A DNA stretch of 64,000 bases, taken from NCBI GenBank assembly GCA_002104905.1, contig MCFE01000085.1:114076-178075 (forward strand), given 5' to 3'. A program made the translations under genes and the position numbers. This stretch comes from Basidiobolus meristosporus CBS 931.73 (Eukaryota; Fungi; Basidiobolomycota). Below, in pieces: positions 62,143-64,000 of the stretch. Below the pieces are notes generated by a model that searched no databases, was not told the origin of the DNA, and worked only from the letters and a program-made list of their open reading frames with translations. Numbering within the stretch: position 1 is the first letter of the stretch; every line of letters begins with the position of its first letter.

Positions 62143-64000
62143 TAGGGGAGGGAAAGTCACCAAGTTGGTGAAATCTTTATTTGAGTTAAGAACTAATCTA
62201 GGTACAAATAAAGAAGCCAATTAAGAGGTCTAGAACCTCTCTAATAAGTAATCTAATTTATGTTTTGTTTCATCTCTAATGTTTGTTTCAATAAAGTAAA
62301 GCTCATCAGGGGTAAATATAAAATTCAGGGGTTTTGGGGGAAGTACAAATTGTAGATGTTTCTGATCAATATAATCCAAGACTGGAACCCAGCCTGGGAT
62401 TAGGTGTAGTAGGAAAGGTGTGTGGACTTGTAAGTAGCTCTGCCACATAGATCTTAGATGGTCCTGAGCCAGTAGTCTTGGTTTCTCAGCTGTTTGAAGT
62501 TTTGAAGCAAGCTCTGTTACTACAGCAGAGCCAACCAGGGTGTGCCAGCAAGAAGATTTCAGGGAGGAGTTAGATTGAAGCCATTGTTTGATGGAGGGGT
62601 TATGTGATTTCTGAAGTTTGACTAGGAAGGAAGCACGGAGATAGACCATTTGGATTTGGTATGGGTAGAAGCCAAAGGCTCCATTAGTTGCATGGATATA
62701 GGGAGATACTGGAAGATAAGGTACCAAGGATCTGATACACTGATGGAGAAATTTATCCAGGCGGTGAAGCTCTCTGGAGGTTAGGGGTATAATGTGGAGA
62801 CCAAACTCAAGTACCGGCAGTACATACTGCTTCAGAAGTATAGGGATCTTTTGAATTGGAGTGTCTGGAGTGACTACTACCAGAAGCTTTTGAGAGCCTG
62901 CTGGGCAAGACGGATCCTATTATTCAGGTGGAGCTTTAAATCAATCCCATGTTGACAAAATGGCAGACCTAGATATATTGCAGTTTGTTGTGGCAGAATG
63001 CTAGTGTTCTGTATAGTTGCAGTGCATCCAATTGGGACTGTCTTAGAAATTGAGAGTGAGAGGTTGTTGGCAGCCAAGTACTTCTCAATGATGGCATTGT
63101 CTGCTATGGGATTAGGAGTAGCAATCTTGATATCATCCACATAGAGAGTTAGTAGTGGATAGGAAGAGTCTGGTGAGGGGCCTTTTGGAAATAAAGGAAA
63201 GTCATGTAGGAATATCACAAATAGTAAGGGACCTAGTACAGATCCTTGGACTACTCCATTTGGAACCTCATAAGTCTCTGATGTGCAACTTGGATGCAAA
63301 ATTTTGGCTGAGTTCTCACAAAATAGAGGATGTACAAGAAGGGTCATTGGTAGTGTGGTAACTGCTAATACCTTTCTCTCAAAGCAGAGCTCTGTCCACA
63401 GAGTCAAAGGCTTTAGTAATGTCAAACAGAATGGTTGGCAATGAGAATTGAAGTGAATGATCATGGCTTAGCACTACAGCCATATCCAAGGAGAGTTTGG
63501 GCAAGAAGCCAAACTGAGAAGGATGGAATGGATATAGTTGATATTGCAAGGATCTTGCAATTATAAGCTCAAAGATTTTCCGGCAGGTTGGCAGGAGTGA
63601 AACTGGCTAGTAAGAACCTGGGAGTGAGTGTTTCCCCTTCCCTTTGTATAAGGGTATTACATTTGCCTGTGACCAGGCCTTTGGGGTAGTCAATTGTTGG
63701 GCACAGATAGAGTAGAATGGGAGAAGTAAGTGACTCATTTTGGAGTAGCACACCCGGAGTAGATTGTAGGTAATCAAGTCATGTCCAGGTGCAGTATTTG
63801 CAGGAAGCTTCTTTAAAATTTTCTCCAGAAGCTTTGCTGAAACCAGAATTGGAGATGTTGGACTGCTAGATATGTTACCAGTATGGTAGAAAGGAGGAGT
63901 GGGATGCACGGTTGAATCAAAGAATATAGGGGCCAGTTTGTCTGGTGATGGTATACTCCTTGCTTGGGGTCTCATGGCTTTATATACTCTTGATATGGAC
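62143..64000 (-). mobile_element. Non-LTR (LINE) retrotransposon, RT region + 3' UTR, copy B (degenerate; runs off the window end)
   Basis: About 90% identical by eye to 58288-60084 (offset ~3,854). DITKAFDSVDR, GVVQGSVLGPLLF and YVDD are intact; frameshifts at ~63380 and ~62890; TAG at 63607. Confidence 0.9.

Noticed and set aside
1-64000. tRNA, rRNA or CRISPR features
   Set aside because: No cloverleaf with A/B boxes, rRNA-like tract or regularly spaced repeat-spacer array was seen. A tRNAscan/Infernal run would be needed to exclude small ncRNAs.

Overview
Eukaryotic (fungal) genomic DNA. Introns are short and frequent (GTAAGT/GTATGT donors, CTAAC-type branch points, YAG acceptors). The gene set and intron density suggest an early-diverging fungus (Mucoromycota/Zoopagomycota-like; this is an inference only). 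Bases ~2,100-54,200 are a compact block of mostly housekeeping genes: MetR/Cys-3-type bZIP, farnesyltransferase beta, a very long synaptojanin, UBX5, HIS2, ATG1, 5-oxoprolinase, mitochondrial RbfA-like, an orphan secreted protein, DOP1, RPS2, NOB1, an FAH-family hydrolase, HEM3, TAL1, DNA2, an ALE1-type MBOAT and TSR1. At 54,557-55,871 lies an intronless guanine deaminase pseudogene broken by short deletions; it appears to have carried a signal peptide. From ~56,650 to the window end the sequence switches abruptly to an AT-rich, almost CpG-free nest of decayed retroelements: two Ty1/copia fragments of one family in opposite orientation, two ~90% identical LINE RT copies and a LINE ORF1 relic. 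The most notable observations are the apparently secreted guanine deaminase, the ~1,270-aa synaptojanin tail with about 12 copies of a short S/G-V/I/L-K/Q-E/A/S-R motif, a 9-nt micro-exon inside the Sac1 catalytic loop, and the sharp CpG-decay boundary. Exon boundaries were read by eye, and all percent identities and counts are manual estimates.
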